From positions 1-43,270 of the IMG/VR virus record IMGVR_UViG_3300036046_000012: 43,270 nucleotides of DNA; one strand, 5' to 3'. The DNA comes from a virus. Lineage: Duplodnaviria; Caudoviricetes. The translations under genes were made by a program, and so were the position numbers. Each line of letters begins with the position of its first letter. Within the stretch, counting starts at the first letter, position 1. The notes under the pieces are model-generated. The model saw only the letters and a program-made list of their open reading frames with translations. It was not told where the DNA came from and searched no databases. Shown here piece after piece: positions 1-8,841 of the stretch.

Positions 1-30
1 GTACAATCTTTCTTTTGCGCTGATTGTCAT
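1..30 (-). CDS. N-terminal part (MTISAKERLY) of a 41-aa hypothetical protein that continues at 43270
   Basis: ATG at 30 after RBS AGGAGG; exactly 10 codons to position 1; frame stays open from 43270 to TAA at 43175. Confidence 0.6.
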   Translation of the reverse strand, partial: MTISAKERLY

Positions 31-51
31 TCCCTTTCCTCCTGATCCGTA

Positions 52-228
52 TTAAATAAAATCACTTATACTTAGTCCGACTAAGTGCATATAGCAATAT
101 TGGTCACAAGTCCCCCAAGTCAACTGATAATTATCCAGTAAATCCAATCTCTTTCCGCACTCTTGGCAGAATTGAAACTCTTCCGGAATTTGTTTTTTGC
201 GAATCTTTTTTAATTGTCTTTTGTTCAT
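52..228 (-). CDS. 58-aa Cys-rich hypothetical protein (CQECG...CDQYC); absent from ORF track
   Basis: Translated by hand: MNKRQLKKIRKKQIPEEFQFCQECGKRLDLLDNYQLTWGTCDQYCYMHLVGLSISDFI; ATGA overlap with upstream stop. Confidence 0.7.
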   Translation of the reverse strand: MNKRQLKKIRKKQIPEEFQFCQECGKRLDLLDNYQLTWGTCDQYCYMHLVGLSISDFI

Positions 229-659
229 TCCTCCACCCCCGCGCTTAATTTCGCCTTTCTGACCTGCTCGGCAAGGTGGATAGGTTCGTGGAAGTGTTTG
301 TTGTAACTCTGTTCTACCTCTTCAAGTGTTAGGCAGGAAACTTTATTATGAACTTTCATAATCACTATTGCGTTTTCCAAATCCCTCAAAAACGCTTCAT
401 GCGCCATTGTGATTTCTCTGCGCTCTTTTTCGAGTTCGGCAATGTGTTGCTGTAAAATTAAATTTTCTTCATCCCCGTGGAGAATGGACTCAAACCTGTT
501 TTGGCTTTCCTCCTGAAGCTGCTTGATTGTGGAAAGGAGAAAGAGGATATCATTATAAATCGCTTGGATATTCACAGCTCCATTTCCCACAACATCAGCG
601 GAATCAATTAAATGATTATTTTTTGTTTCAATAAGTTCTAATCGCTCGTTAATGTTCAT
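225..659 (-). CDS. Hypothetical phage protein, coiled-coil
   Basis: Start reassigned to ATG 659 (RBS AAGGGA, ATGA overlap). Confidence 0.7.
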   Translation of the reverse strand: MNINERLELIETKNNHLIDSADVVGNGAVNIQAIYNDILFLLSTIKQLQEESQNRFESILHGDEENLILQQHIAELEKERREITMAHEAFLRDLENAIVIMKVHNKVSCLTLEEVEQSYNKHFHEPIHLAEQVRKAKLSAGVEE

Positions 660-1024
660 ACATGCATCCCTTTCTTTAATATCATCATTTCCGCATGCCG
701 TTTTCGTTCGCTCTCGCTCTGCCCTTTCCACACCTTGATGCACTCGCCATGTTCGAGCTTATACATCCACAAAAGAACTTTATCAGCGGTGATATGCCCC
801 TTCTCGCGTTTTAAGGCGTTCTCAATCTGCTCCCAGCGGTAAATCCAATTGATATCCTGTGCAGCATCGAATTTATATCGTTCGTGATTCGCGACATCTT
901 GCATTCTGCCCCTGATATCCCATTTGTTTTTTGGATCCATTTCCTTCCTCTCTGTTTCTTGGATTAAATGGATAACCTCTTCTGCCTTTTTGTTAACAAA
1001 TGGATTAATGTGTATAAACGTCAT
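656..1024 (-). CDS. Hypothetical phage protein
   Basis: ATG 1024 with RBS AAGGGGTGG; translationally coupled. Confidence 0.7.
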   Translation of the reverse strand: MTFIHINPFVNKKAEEVIHLIQETERKEMDPKNKWDIRGRMQDVANHERYKFDAAQDINWIYRWEQIENALKREKGHITADKVLLWMYKLEHGECIKVWKGQSESERKRHAEMMILKKGMHV

Positions 1025-1113
1025 AAGATCCACCCCTTTAGAATCCTAATCCAGCCAATAACCGTCATAATAGTGATTGTCCATAAAGGTATTGATAGCA
1101 GCGTGGCGAACAT
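1021..1113 (-). CDS. 30-aa hydrophobic peptide (MFATLLSIPLWTITIMTVIGWIRILKGWIL)
   Basis: Exactly fills the gap, with TAATG and ATGA overlaps at both ends. Confidence 0.55.
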   Translation of the reverse strand: MFATLLSIPLWTITIMTVIGWIRILKGWIL

Positions 1114-1442
1114 TACCCCTTTAAAGAAGTCCATTCGTCATCTTTTCTATAACTTACAATTGGAAAATATGTCGAACTATCATTCGCAAGCAGGCGCAAT
1201 ACCTCTAAATAAACATCTGTTTTTGTTTCACCAAACACAACCCATTCTCTCCAACTTCCTTTATAGCGCATTGTTCTATATTCATTTTCGCGTTCTTTGA
1301 AACCCTCTTTGTTGTATGAGATTTTCATTTTGTTGTTACCCAATACAACTAAAGCTAATTTTTCAATGTCTTTCTGAACCTCTGCTTTTAATGCCTTATC
1401 AGCAAATACCCTTGCTCTGTATTCGATATTTTCACTCATCAC
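1113..1442 (-). CDS. Hypothetical phage protein
   Basis: ORF track; coupled within operon. Confidence 0.7.
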   Translation of the reverse strand: MMSENIEYRARVFADKALKAEVQKDIEKLALVVLGNNKMKISYNKEGFKERENEYRTMRYKGSWREWVVFGETKTDVYLEVLRLLANDSSTYFPIVSYRKDDEWTSLKG

Positions 1443-1651
1443 TTACACCCCTCACACAGCCAAAGCTTTTCTACAGTCGAATAAGTGACAGTTTTCTTGT
1501 AATAGCACTCTGAACAAAAATCAACTTTCGAGTTTTGTTTTGCTGATACATAGGACACCCTGGCCTTTCGTTCTTTTTCCAGCTCGTGCTTCGCCCACTC
1601 GCTGAATCCGAAAAGTACAATGCCCATTACAATCAGGAGTACAATTGTCAT
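1439..1651 (-). CDS. Small protein with N-terminal TM helix and C-terminal CxxC...CxxC
   Basis: Hydrophobic N-terminus; CSEC...CEGC; RBS AAGGAGG. Confidence 0.7.
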   Translation of the reverse strand: MTIVLLIVMGIVLFGFSEWAKHELEKERKARVSYVSAKQNSKVDFCSECYYKKTVTYSTVEKLWLCEGCK

Positions 1652-1770
1652 TTCTCATCTTCCTCCTTAACCTTTTTGCTGAGCAGATCATTCATGCAGC
1701 TTTCACAAAAAGATCGGTTCCAATGACATGCTGGCTTAACTTTGCATTCATGACATAATTTCATTGCCAT
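1648..1770 (-). CDS. 40-aa zinc-finger-like protein (CHEC...CESC); absent from ORF track
   Basis: MAMKLCHECKVKPACHWNRSFCESCMNDLLSKKVKEEDEK; RBS GAGGGGG; ATGA overlap. Confidence 0.6.
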   Translation of the reverse strand: MAMKLCHECKVKPACHWNRSFCESCMNDLLSKKVKEEDEK

Positions 1771-1786
1771 CCCCCTCACCAATGAT

Positions 1787-2386
1787 TTAATAACCTTGAT
1801 TTTGCCTTTCGTGGTTCACCTGATTCTTTTCAAAATAAGCAGCTTCGATTTCTTCATGAGTGAATCCAAGCATTTCTCCAAGCCCTAAATATATTTCGAA
1901 TGCTTCATGATAGTATCCGTCATGACCGAATTCCCAATTGTTCCAATCTGCTGTGAATAACATTGAAAACTGCGTAACAATAGAATCAAAGGTTAGGGGC
2001 TCAATATCCAAATAAGGCAATTCTTTGTCATACTCATGTTCAATCCCCAACTCAAGAACGAAATGCAGCCCGTCAACGTATTCTTCGAGAAGCGGATTTG
2101 TTTTATAAAGTCCCCACCCCCCACATTTTTCACAATGCGCCGTCCATCTTCCTGTTGCATTAAAATGTTCTGTTAAGCCGCTTCCTTTACAATCAGCACA
2201 TTTTATACCTTTATAAGTTTTCGGCTCCTGATCCTTACTCCAAAACTTAAATCCGCGCCATTCATTCGCACATTCTCCAATCTCCACCAACAAAGCAAGG
2301 ATCAACTTTTCAAATCTGTCCGGCTCGTTATATCCGATTTTGTCCCTTAACACTCGTTGTGTTTCAAATAGCTTTTCAAAATTCAT
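1787..2386 (-). CDS. dut: Dimeric (all-alpha) dUTPase with zinc-finger insertion
   Basis: Motifs ALLVEIGECANE, FKFWS, LLEEYVDGLHF, AYFEKNQVNHERQ. Confidence 0.9.
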   Translation of the reverse strand: MNFEKLFETQRVLRDKIGYNEPDRFEKLILALLVEIGECANEWRGFKFWSKDQEPKTYKGIKCADCKGSGLTEHFNATGRWTAHCEKCGGWGLYKTNPLLEEYVDGLHFVLELGIEHEYDKELPYLDIEPLTFDSIVTQFSMLFTADWNNWEFGHDGYYHEAFEIYLGLGEMLGFTHEEIEAAYFEKNQVNHERQNQGY

Positions 2387-2436
2387 CTTTTACCTCCTAT
2401 TCATGGTCGTAGAGCCACCCGATTCCGGCCGTTTGT

Positions 2437-2649
2437 TTATTTGATTTTCTTTTTCTTTTTCTTTTTTTCATCCACAATGTTCACTTCATAATCAGCATGC
2501 GGGTTTTCAGCTTCCAATTTGTCTTCAATACGTTCTTCTGCATAATCGCGTGTGGTTTCTTTCCCCTCAAAGATGATTTTACTTTCAGAGCATCCCACTA
2601 ACGTTATTACTGACATTCCAATGAATAAGCCGATCATTGATTTTTTCAA
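2437..2649 (-). CDS. Small lipoprotein
   Basis: Signal peptide with lipobox LVGC; poly-Lys C-terminus. Confidence 0.7.
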   Translation of the reverse strand: MKKSMIGLFIGMSVITLVGCSESKIIFEGKETTRDYAEERIEDKLEAENPHADYEVNIVDEKKKKKKKIK

Positions 2650-2894
2650 TTGTTTTCCCCCTCATTGCTCTTGAAATATTCTCGTCCAAAATGGTTAACG
2701 ACCTTCTCTAGCATCTTAGGCCCGATGCCTGGAACTTTTTGCAAGTTATCGAACTTGCTGGCCAGAATATTACATGCTTCTTCCTTTCCGATCTCTACTC
2801 CACTTTTAAAGCCAAGCTCAAACCCGTTGTTGTAACCTTCTTGTCTTGCCCTTTCGATAACGGGGTTTGGTTTTTTCTTTTTCAGGAGAACCAC
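2646..2894 (-). CDS. Hypothetical protein with helix-hairpin-helix motif
   Basis: LQKVPGIGPK. Confidence 0.65.
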   Translation of the reverse strand: MVLLKKKKPNPVIERARQEGYNNGFELGFKSGVEIGKEEACNILASKFDNLQKVPGIGPKMLEKVVNHFGREYFKSNEGENN

Positions 2895-3051
2895 CTCTTA
2901 TCTTAGGAATCTCTGAACCTCCAAGCTTTTTACATTCGTACCCAAAACGACTCGAGCACTTTTTGAAAAGAGAGCAGCGCATGCACGCTGCCATCCTATC
3001 CTCTGCTTTCATCCAGTCCGGCCGGCTATCGACGATAACGACCTGGGTCAT
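2818..3051 (-). CDS. Cys-rich hypothetical phage protein
   Basis: CMRC..C..C; RBS GAGG upstream. Confidence 0.65.
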   Translation of the reverse strand: MTQVVIVDSRPDWMKAEDRMAACMRCSLFKKCSSRFGYECKKLGGSEIPKIRGGSPEKEKTKPRYRKGKTRRLQQRV

Positions 3052-3053
3052 AA

Positions 3054-3767
3054 TTACGAGGCCTCTTCTTCGTCATCGTCACCAAAGTCTTCAATCTCAT
3101 CAAACTGCGAATCTGATGTTTCTGCAGTTTCCGGATCCTCTTTCTCAGGTACCTCTTCAGAGCTCTCAGGAGCTTCATTTTCGGCTTTTACGACTTTTGC
3201 TTCTCCTTGTTCCTCTTTCCACTCCCACCACTTCTGAGCAAGTGGAGCGACACGTTTCTGGTAGTCTGTGAGTACCTGCAGCATCTCAATCGAATTTAGA
3301 CCGTATTCTTTGCCAATTTTGTTAAAAGTGTCCCCGTCCAAACGTTTTTTCACAATGTCCTCAAAGTTGTAAGGAAGATCCTCATACTGTGGACCAAATC
3401 CTTCAAGCATGAAGCTGTTGAAAATATCAACATCCAGCTGCTCCTGCTTATCTTCAGTTTTGATTTTTTCAGCAGGAAGGCCAAGATCAGCTTCAAGCTG
3501 CTCGTGAGTTTTCTCGATTGGCTTAACGATCCCAGTTTCATCAACTTGGTATTCAACTACAGGCCGGCTTGTCCGAGTTTCCACCTTGATGGAATAGTTG
3601 ATGATTTGCGCTTCAAGCTCCACATCCACTTTCGTATCTATCATTCCTGATAAGCGCTCCATCTGGCCATCTAAAGCGGAATCCGTGATTTCCAGAACGA
3701 TTTCTTTTACACCCTTTGGCTTAAGATTGACCTTTTTTACAAGTGCTTTGAAATTAATAAGAGACAT
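3054..3767 (-). CDS. Hypothetical phage protein, acidic C-terminus
   Basis: ORF track; RBS GGAGG. Confidence 0.8.
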   Translation of the reverse strand: MSLINFKALVKKVNLKPKGVKEIVLEITDSALDGQMERLSGMIDTKVDVELEAQIINYSIKVETRTSRPVVEYQVDETGIVKPIEKTHEQLEADLGLPAEKIKTEDKQEQLDVDIFNSFMLEGFGPQYEDLPYNFEDIVKKRLDGDTFNKIGKEYGLNSIEMLQVLTDYQKRVAPLAQKWWEWKEEQGEAKVVKAENEAPESSEEVPEKEDPETAETSDSQFDEIEDFGDDDEEEAS

Positions 3768-3785
3768 GCGTTTTCCTCCCGGCTT

Positions 3786-4553
3786 TTAGTATTTTTTTAT
3801 TCCTTTTGCTACAAAGTAGTTTCCGAAGCTATCCCGTTGCATTGGCTTGTTGGCAACTGCAGGCTCTTTTTGAATCTTCACACTGCATTCATGGCATTCG
3901 CATGCATCTTCCTCGAGGCTAAGATACCGTCTGCTTTTCATGCCGCATGCGCACTCATAATATGTTTTGTAATGTTCTACACCATCTTTGATCTTGATTC
4001 CCGTAGTCCAAAAATCAGGTTGATCTTGTTTATCTGCTTCTTCCTCCGGACTTTTTTTGTCCACGGATTTAACCTTGGCGATATCTGCAAGGGTAAAAGT
4101 GCTGCTTGCCCCATCAATTAAATCCACACTTCGAGATCGCTTGGGTTGCGGCTCCTTATTCAAGGACGATAAAGCTTTTACTGCTTGCTCAACAAATTCT
4201 TGCGATTTCTTTTCTGCAAGCTCAATCTTCACCGGTTCGCTTTGTTTGGCTGCAAGAAAACCAAGGTCATTGTTTTTCACGAAGGACAGTAATGCAGGGG
4301 TCAATCGGCATACCAAATCTTCTTTGTTGTATTTGTCCATGCCGTACTCGTGCAGCATCCCATGAATCGCTTCATGCAATAAAACTTTGCTTCCGTATTC
4401 AAATTTCATTTGGTCGGTCAAGAGGATTTCTTGATTCGCATAGTTGATTTCCCCTGTGCAAAAATTCCCATTAGGATCTTCCTTTATGAATCCCTTTACA
4501 ACTTTCACTTCATACGGTACTCCACCAATAAGTAATTCCTTTGGATAATTCAA
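3786..4553 (-). CDS. HEXXH metallopeptidase-like domain fused to C-terminal zinc ribbon
   Basis: LLHEAIHGML; C-terminal CACG...CECHEC. Confidence 0.65.
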   Translation of the reverse strand: MNYPKELLIGGVPYEVKVVKGFIKEDPNGNFCTGEINYANQEILLTDQMKFEYGSKVLLHEAIHGMLHEYGMDKYNKEDLVCRLTPALLSFVKNNDLGFLAAKQSEPVKIELAEKKSQEFVEQAVKALSSLNKEPQPKRSRSVDLIDGASSTFTLADIAKVKSVDKKSPEEEADKQDQPDFWTTGIKIKDGVEHYKTYYECACGMKSRRYLSLEEDACECHECSVKIQKEPAVANKPMQRDSFGNYFVAKGIKKY

Positions 4554-4565
4554 GTTATCTCCCCC

Positions 4566-4976
4566 TCAGATCGTTCTCACTGTTATTTCAACCCTTGGAA
4601 CCTCGCTGTACCACTTACTGACGTTGAGCTCCACCACTTGGCTGTCATCCTTCCAGATGATTGATTTAAGAGCATCCTTGATGCCTTTCACGTAATTATC
4701 AACATCAGGCTTTGTCAGCGGCCGCAGCTCACCGGATTCAGCTGCAGCTGCTTTTTTCTTAGAGAAGCTTTTAAGGTTTTCCTTAAATACTTTCACTTCA
4801 AGTTTCAGCGGACCATCCAACAATGTGCCGGGCCGGTGATCAGCAGCAACCAGCTTCACGTACTCTTTAAAATCCTTTGATTTTTTCGGATCATAAGCCC
4901 GAGTAAAGCCGCCGTGCGAACTGAATCGCGGGCGCCCCTGAGCTACCGGCTGGCCATATACAGTAAACTGAATCAT
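4566..4976 (-). CDS. rusA: RusA-family Holliday junction resolvase
   Basis: QGRPR, KPDVDNYVKGIKDAL, WKDDSQVV. Confidence 0.92.
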   Translation of the reverse strand: MIQFTVYGQPVAQGRPRFSSHGGFTRAYDPKKSKDFKEYVKLVAADHRPGTLLDGPLKLEVKVFKENLKSFSKKKAAAAESGELRPLTKPDVDNYVKGIKDALKSIIWKDDSQVVELNVSKWYSEVPRVEITVRTI

Positions 4977-5203
4977 CCTGTTTCCTCCCTAGTCATCCTT
5001 ACGACAAACAATTCATGTTCTTCCGTTCCGATAAAATCTCTTCTGTATGCTTGATACCTGCCGCTCGAACGCCTCCAAAGCTTATGCGAAAGCTTTATTG
5101 ATGTTATAGGAGCTGAACATGTAAAACCGCGCTTTTCCAGTTCAATGACTCGCCTAACGAGATCTAATTTGCTTCCGGATTTCAGCACACACACCTGAGT
5201 CAT
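4973..5203 (-). CDS. Hypothetical phage protein
   Basis: ORF track; ATGA overlaps. Confidence 0.7.
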   Translation of the reverse strand: MTQVCVLKSGSKLDLVRRVIELEKRGFTCSAPITSIKLSHKLWRRSSGRYQAYRRDFIGTEEHELFVVRMTREETG

Positions 5204-5580
5204 AATTTTTCATCCTGTGATATTTCTCTACCAAACTGGCATTTTACGTTTATATGAATCTGTTCAAGTTCGGTCAAGGTTAATTCATACAATTGCTTTC
5301 CGTCAGGGGTTTTGAAATATCCGTATTTCATCAGTTCTGACTTAAGGAATTCTTTGCGATCTTCAACAGCTCGTCTTAATTGATTGTTAGCATTGTTCAT
5401 AACGTTTCTCTCCATTTCTTTCATCGCGGCTGCGAGTCTTGACAAAATAACTCGATGCCTGCTTTCTTGTTCCTCATCACTTTCAGGGCCGCAATTCGGG
5501 CAGTTATGAAAAGCGATGGCTGATGCATGCTCAACATGTAAAACACGAGAACCGTTGCATAGATCACACACCTGGAGCAC
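5200..5580 (-). CDS. Zinc-finger domain in frame with an FbpA-family (Fur-regulated basic protein) domain; internal start at 5400
   Basis: CDLC...CPNC then LRRAVEDRKEFL...DGKQLYELTLTELE; RBS GGAGAG before ATG 5400. Confidence 0.7.
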   Translation of the reverse strand: MLQVCDLCNGSRVLHVEHASAIAFHNCPNCGPESDEEQESRHRVILSRLAAAMKEMERNVMNNANNQLRRAVEDRKEFLKSELMKYGYFKTPDGKQLYELTLTELEQIHINVKCQFGREISQDEKL

Positions 5581-6547
5581 CTGCCAATCTATGATTTAAT
5601 TCTTTCCGTTCTCCCTTAATGACCACTGTGAAGTCCTTGCACATCTGAAAGATGCGGGTCCCAAGCGCTTCGTCAACGTCCACCAGTTCATCCACCGTGA
5701 GCTCAGAGGATATCAGGATAGGCAAGTGGTTCAAATAACGGTAGTTAATCACTGCGTACATCTGCTCTACCGTCCACTCCGTAGCCCTTGGAACGCCCTT
5801 CGTCGGCTTGAACAGGTCATCAATGAAAAGGACATCCACTTTCTTCATCCGTTCAAGCTTTTCTTCAAGTTTGCTGAAGTCATCCTTCAAATCGTTGAAT
5901 CCCTCAACATAGGGGAAGTAAAGCACCGATGTTTCCTTGCTGATCAGGTTATTCGCTATCGCAGTAAGTAAGTGTGTCTTCCCTGATCCCGGCTGCCCGA
6001 GAAGAGATATGCTATTGCAGCGTTCTTTCCGTATGCCGGCAAATTCCTTGAAATAATTCAAGGCGCAATTATAGGCATCTTCAATCACCTGAGGTTTGCT
6101 CTTCGTTACAAAAGAGCGGAAGCCGAGCTTTTTAAATTCCTCTGTGATTTCACTTGCCTTCAAGAGATTTTTCACCCTTGCTTGCTTAATGCAATCACAT
6201 TGTTTGGAATAGGTATCTTTCCATTCCCAAGCTTTATCCGGGCCACATACTTTCCCGGTCAGCAAATCATCTTCAGGAACCATGCTCGCAGGGACAGATA
6301 CCGTTTGTTCTTCACCGTTAATGAATCTGGTCTCTTCTATCCACTCTGTGTCTTTATGGACTCGGTAAAGGAGAAGCTTCAAATCCTTGCATTCAGGACA
6401 ATCATAAGTTTTTGTTTCTGCCGATCCAGCCGACCTGTCCTCCAGTGATTGAGTCTTCTGCATTTCGTGTAACCTTTGCATGACCTTTTCGAGGCTGTTT
6501 GTTGAAGTTTTCACTGGCTGCCTCCTTCCTGAATTTTTCCTGTTCAT
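5564..6547 (-). CDS. DnaC/IstB-like helicase loader ATPase (true start may be 6481)
   Basis: CPEC..CDC zinc site; Walker A GQPGSGKT; Walker B LFIDDL; INYRY. Confidence 0.9.
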   Translation of the reverse strand: MNRKNSGRRQPVKTSTNSLEKVMQRLHEMQKTQSLEDRSAGSAETKTYDCPECKDLKLLLYRVHKDTEWIEETRFINGEEQTVSVPASMVPEDDLLTGKVCGPDKAWEWKDTYSKQCDCIKQARVKNLLKASEITEEFKKLGFRSFVTKSKPQVIEDAYNCALNYFKEFAGIRKERCNSISLLGQPGSGKTHLLTAIANNLISKETSVLYFPYVEGFNDLKDDFSKLEEKLERMKKVDVLFIDDLFKPTKGVPRATEWTVEQMYAVINYRYLNHLPILISSELTVDELVDVDEALGTRIFQMCKDFTVVIKGERKELNHRLAGAPGV

Positions 6548-7235
6548 ATGCTTTTACACGTTCGATGGATTTTAGATTGTTGCTCGACCATTCTTTTAGC
6601 AGGTATTCAACAAATCCAAAATGTCTTTTGTTTTTATCGTCTGCGATTTTGATGGCTTCGTTAATAATTTCCGCTTCTCCACCAAAATCGTCTTGCCAGG
6701 CGTAAAGGTTATCCATTTGATTGGGCGACAGGCGGCAAAGTAATTTTTCGAAAAGCTGAATCGGATTCTCTGTAGTAGTAGTAATTCTTACATTCTTATC
6801 ATTCTTATCATTCTTGTTAGTTGCCCGGTCTTTGCCCGGTGTCTGCCCGGTCTTTGCCAGCTGACTGCCCGAAGCTTTGCCCGGTTCGTTTTCCAATCCT
6901 TGATAAACCCGCCAATTGACAATGGTTATAAGCCTTCCTGTCTTTGTCGATTGGTTTGCCAGAAATCCGTATTTTTCGAATCTTTTTAGCGCAGTTCTAA
7001 CATTTTTTAGAGTTATACCTTTTCCGCACTTAATGGTGATTGACTCTAAACTTGTTACAAACTGTCCTGGATCAGCTTTAAATTGCTTCCCTTCCCATTC
7101 CCATTCACGGCCTTCATGGTTTGCCATCATTAACAATGTTATAAGGATGACTTTTTGCTCTGGAGTGGAATCCAACCATATTGCTTTTTCCATCAAGGTT
7201 CTATGAAGTTTTATCCACCCTTGCAATATGTTCAC
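6402..7235 (-). CDS. Phage replication initiator, DnaD-domain
   Basis: GWIKLHR N-terminus, ITIVNW, C-terminal DnaD-like FGFVEYLLKEW; internal iterons. Confidence 0.88.
   Translation of the reverse strand: MNILQGWIKLHRTLMEKAIWLDSTPEQKVILITLLMMANHEGREWEWEGKQFKADPGQFVTSLESITIKCGKGITLKNVRTALKRFEKYGFLANQSTKTGRLITIVNWRVYQGLENEPGKASGSQLAKTGQTPGKDRATNKNDKNDKNVRITTTTENPIQLFEKLLCRLSPNQMDNLYAWQDDFGGEAEIINEAIKIADDKNKRHFGFVEYLLKEWSSNNLKSIERVKAYEQEKFRKEAASENFNKQPRKGHAKVTRNAEDSITGGQVGWIGRNKNL
6784..6885. repeat. Putative replication origin: six ~11-bp-spaced TGCCCGGT-like iterons plus AT-rich ATTCTTATC repeats
   Basis: Copies at 6822, 6833, 6844, 6855, 6866, 6878; 9-mers at 6784-6817; inside the initiator gene. 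Confidence 0.8.
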
Positions 7236-7777
7236 TCCTCGTAAAAGATTTGTTCCATGAACCGAATGATGTCAGTAGCACACCTCCGGGGACTTTTTAC
7301 AATCTCACTTCCTGTGAACCTCAGTATTCTGTAACCAGCCATTTGAAGGTCTCTGTCTCTTTGTTTATCAGAGCGAGACTGCTCTTTGGTTTTCTCATGA
7401 AAATCATGTCCATCGCACTCGATGATTAACTTCGGCAGGACTTCATCTCCTTGGTACGGGAGTGAATTTATCAGCAAGTCTACTCGATACTTTTTCCCGT
7501 TTACCCAAATAGAGGATTGACAGAAAATTTCATGGTATATCGGTCCAGTGAGGTTCAATGCTTCTAAATCATTTTCTAACTCGGCTGCTAAGAGAAATTC
7601 AATCGGAGTATGACATTCATTAGCGAGCCGTGCTAAGTTCTCTAATTTTCTTCCGAGATCGTTATAAATGGCTTCTTTAACTGAACCAGGCATCTTTTGA
7701 ATGCTTTCTTCCAACCCATTAAACAAACTCTCAAAGGTTCCTTTGACTGATGAATCCTCCATATATTGTTTGTTCAT
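7232..7777 (-). CDS. DUF559/Vsr-like endonuclease domain protein
   Basis: YRVDL...IIECDGHDFHE...DKQRDRDLQMAGYRILRFTGSEI. Confidence 0.85.
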   Translation of the reverse strand: MNKQYMEDSSVKGTFESLFNGLEESIQKMPGSVKEAIYNDLGRKLENLARLANECHTPIEFLLAAELENDLEALNLTGPIYHEIFCQSSIWVNGKKYRVDLLINSLPYQGDEVLPKLIIECDGHDFHEKTKEQSRSDKQRDRDLQMAGYRILRFTGSEIVKSPRRCATDIIRFMEQIFYEE

Positions 7778-7788
7778 AATGATGAATC

Positions 7789-7950
7789 CTACCTCCTCAC
7801 GCAAATTGCAAATCCGTTCTTGATGGCAATAATCTGATAGTGCGGGTAGCTCTCCATATATCTCAGGACCAGCTCCTTATATTCCTCCTTGGAGGAGGCC
7901 TGCTGCTTTAAACGATCCGGCAGCAGGACCCGGTATTTATCTGAGTCCAT
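7789..7950 (-). CDS. 53-aa hypothetical phage protein; absent from ORF track
   Basis: MDSDKYRVLLPDRLKQQASSKEEYKELVLRYMESYPHYQIIAIKNGFAICVRR fills the gap after recT. Confidence 0.65.
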   Translation of the reverse strand: MDSDKYRVLLPDRLKQQASSKEEYKELVLRYMESYPHYQIIAIKNGFAICVRR

Positions 7951-7953
7951 CGA

Positions 7954-8841
7954 TTAACTGAAATCCTCATCTTCAAAGTCAGTGTCAAATGCACCCTGCT
8001 TATCTTCTTTAGGGAATTTCAACTCGATCATTCGAGACAAGCCGACAACTTGCTGCAGCGTGAGTTCTTTAGGTGCTGCTCCGAACTGATCAGCAATCAA
8101 TTCTTTTAACTGCTTGTCCGTTACACTCAGCTCAATCATTTTTGCCTTAACAATATCCCATTGTTTTTTGAGCTCTTTCTCCGGATCAATAATGTCTCCC
8201 TCATCAACTTCTACCTGGTTAGGAGTGATATCCCGGCGCTCGCCCGGCTGATAAGAATCTCCCTGGGATGCATCATTGTATTCATCATCGACCTCGATGC
8301 CGAATTGCAGTTTCAGGGCCCGTTTTAAAGCATGTTTTTTAAACATGTCATTGTAGTAAGTATTCCATTGGCTGCCGGACTTCTTCTTCAGGTGCTCGAC
8401 CTCATCCGCCTCAATGATGACCACTTTATCCGGGTAGTCTTTACGTTTTGCCACAGCATAGGCGGCAGCTACTTTCCCGCGCGGGATCCGGACGGAATGC
8501 TTCGTAATCTTCAGCTCCTGTGTTTCTGAATCCAAATCAAGTTCAAACTCATCATTTTCATGAACAAGCTGCGATGTAACCCCGTTAAAGTCTTCACGCT
8601 GCTGGGCCAGATGCAGGATGCCCTCTACCGCAATCTGTATGCTCATCTGGTTTCCGTACTTGATGAAGTAAATATGGTTTTTGAACGGGCTCAATCCGTT
8701 GTGCTGGCAGATTTGAACAAACAGCGCAAGCTCCTCATTTGTGGCGCCTTTAGCAAAGCTGTTAATTACGACATCTAGCTCAGGTTTGGTGAAATACCCA
8801 ACCAGTTCCTCGGTTTTTACAGGCGCAAGTGATTTAGACAT
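7954..8841 (-). CDS. recT: RecT/Redbeta-family single-strand annealing protein
   Basis: GLSPFKNHIYFIKY, VHENDEF, W...YNDMFKKHALKRALK; ATG 8841 after GAGGAGG. Confidence 0.85.
   Translation of the reverse strand: MSKSLAPVKTEELVGYFTKPELDVVINSFAKGATNEELALFVQICQHNGLSPFKNHIYFIKYGNQMSIQIAVEGILHLAQQREDFNGVTSQLVHENDEFELDLDSETQELKITKHSVRIPRGKVAAAYAVAKRKDYPDKVVIIEADEVEHLKKKSGSQWNTYYNDMFKKHALKRALKLQFGIEVDDEYNDASQGDSYQPGERRDITPNQVEVDEGDIIDPEKELKKQWDIVKAKMIELSVTDKQLKELIADQFGAAPKELTLQQVVGLSRMIELKFPKEDKQGAFDTDFEDEDFS

Noticed and set aside
2387-2436. GC-rich spacer that might be a tRNA or ncRNA fragment
   Set aside because: Too short; no cloverleaf, T-loop or convincing stem
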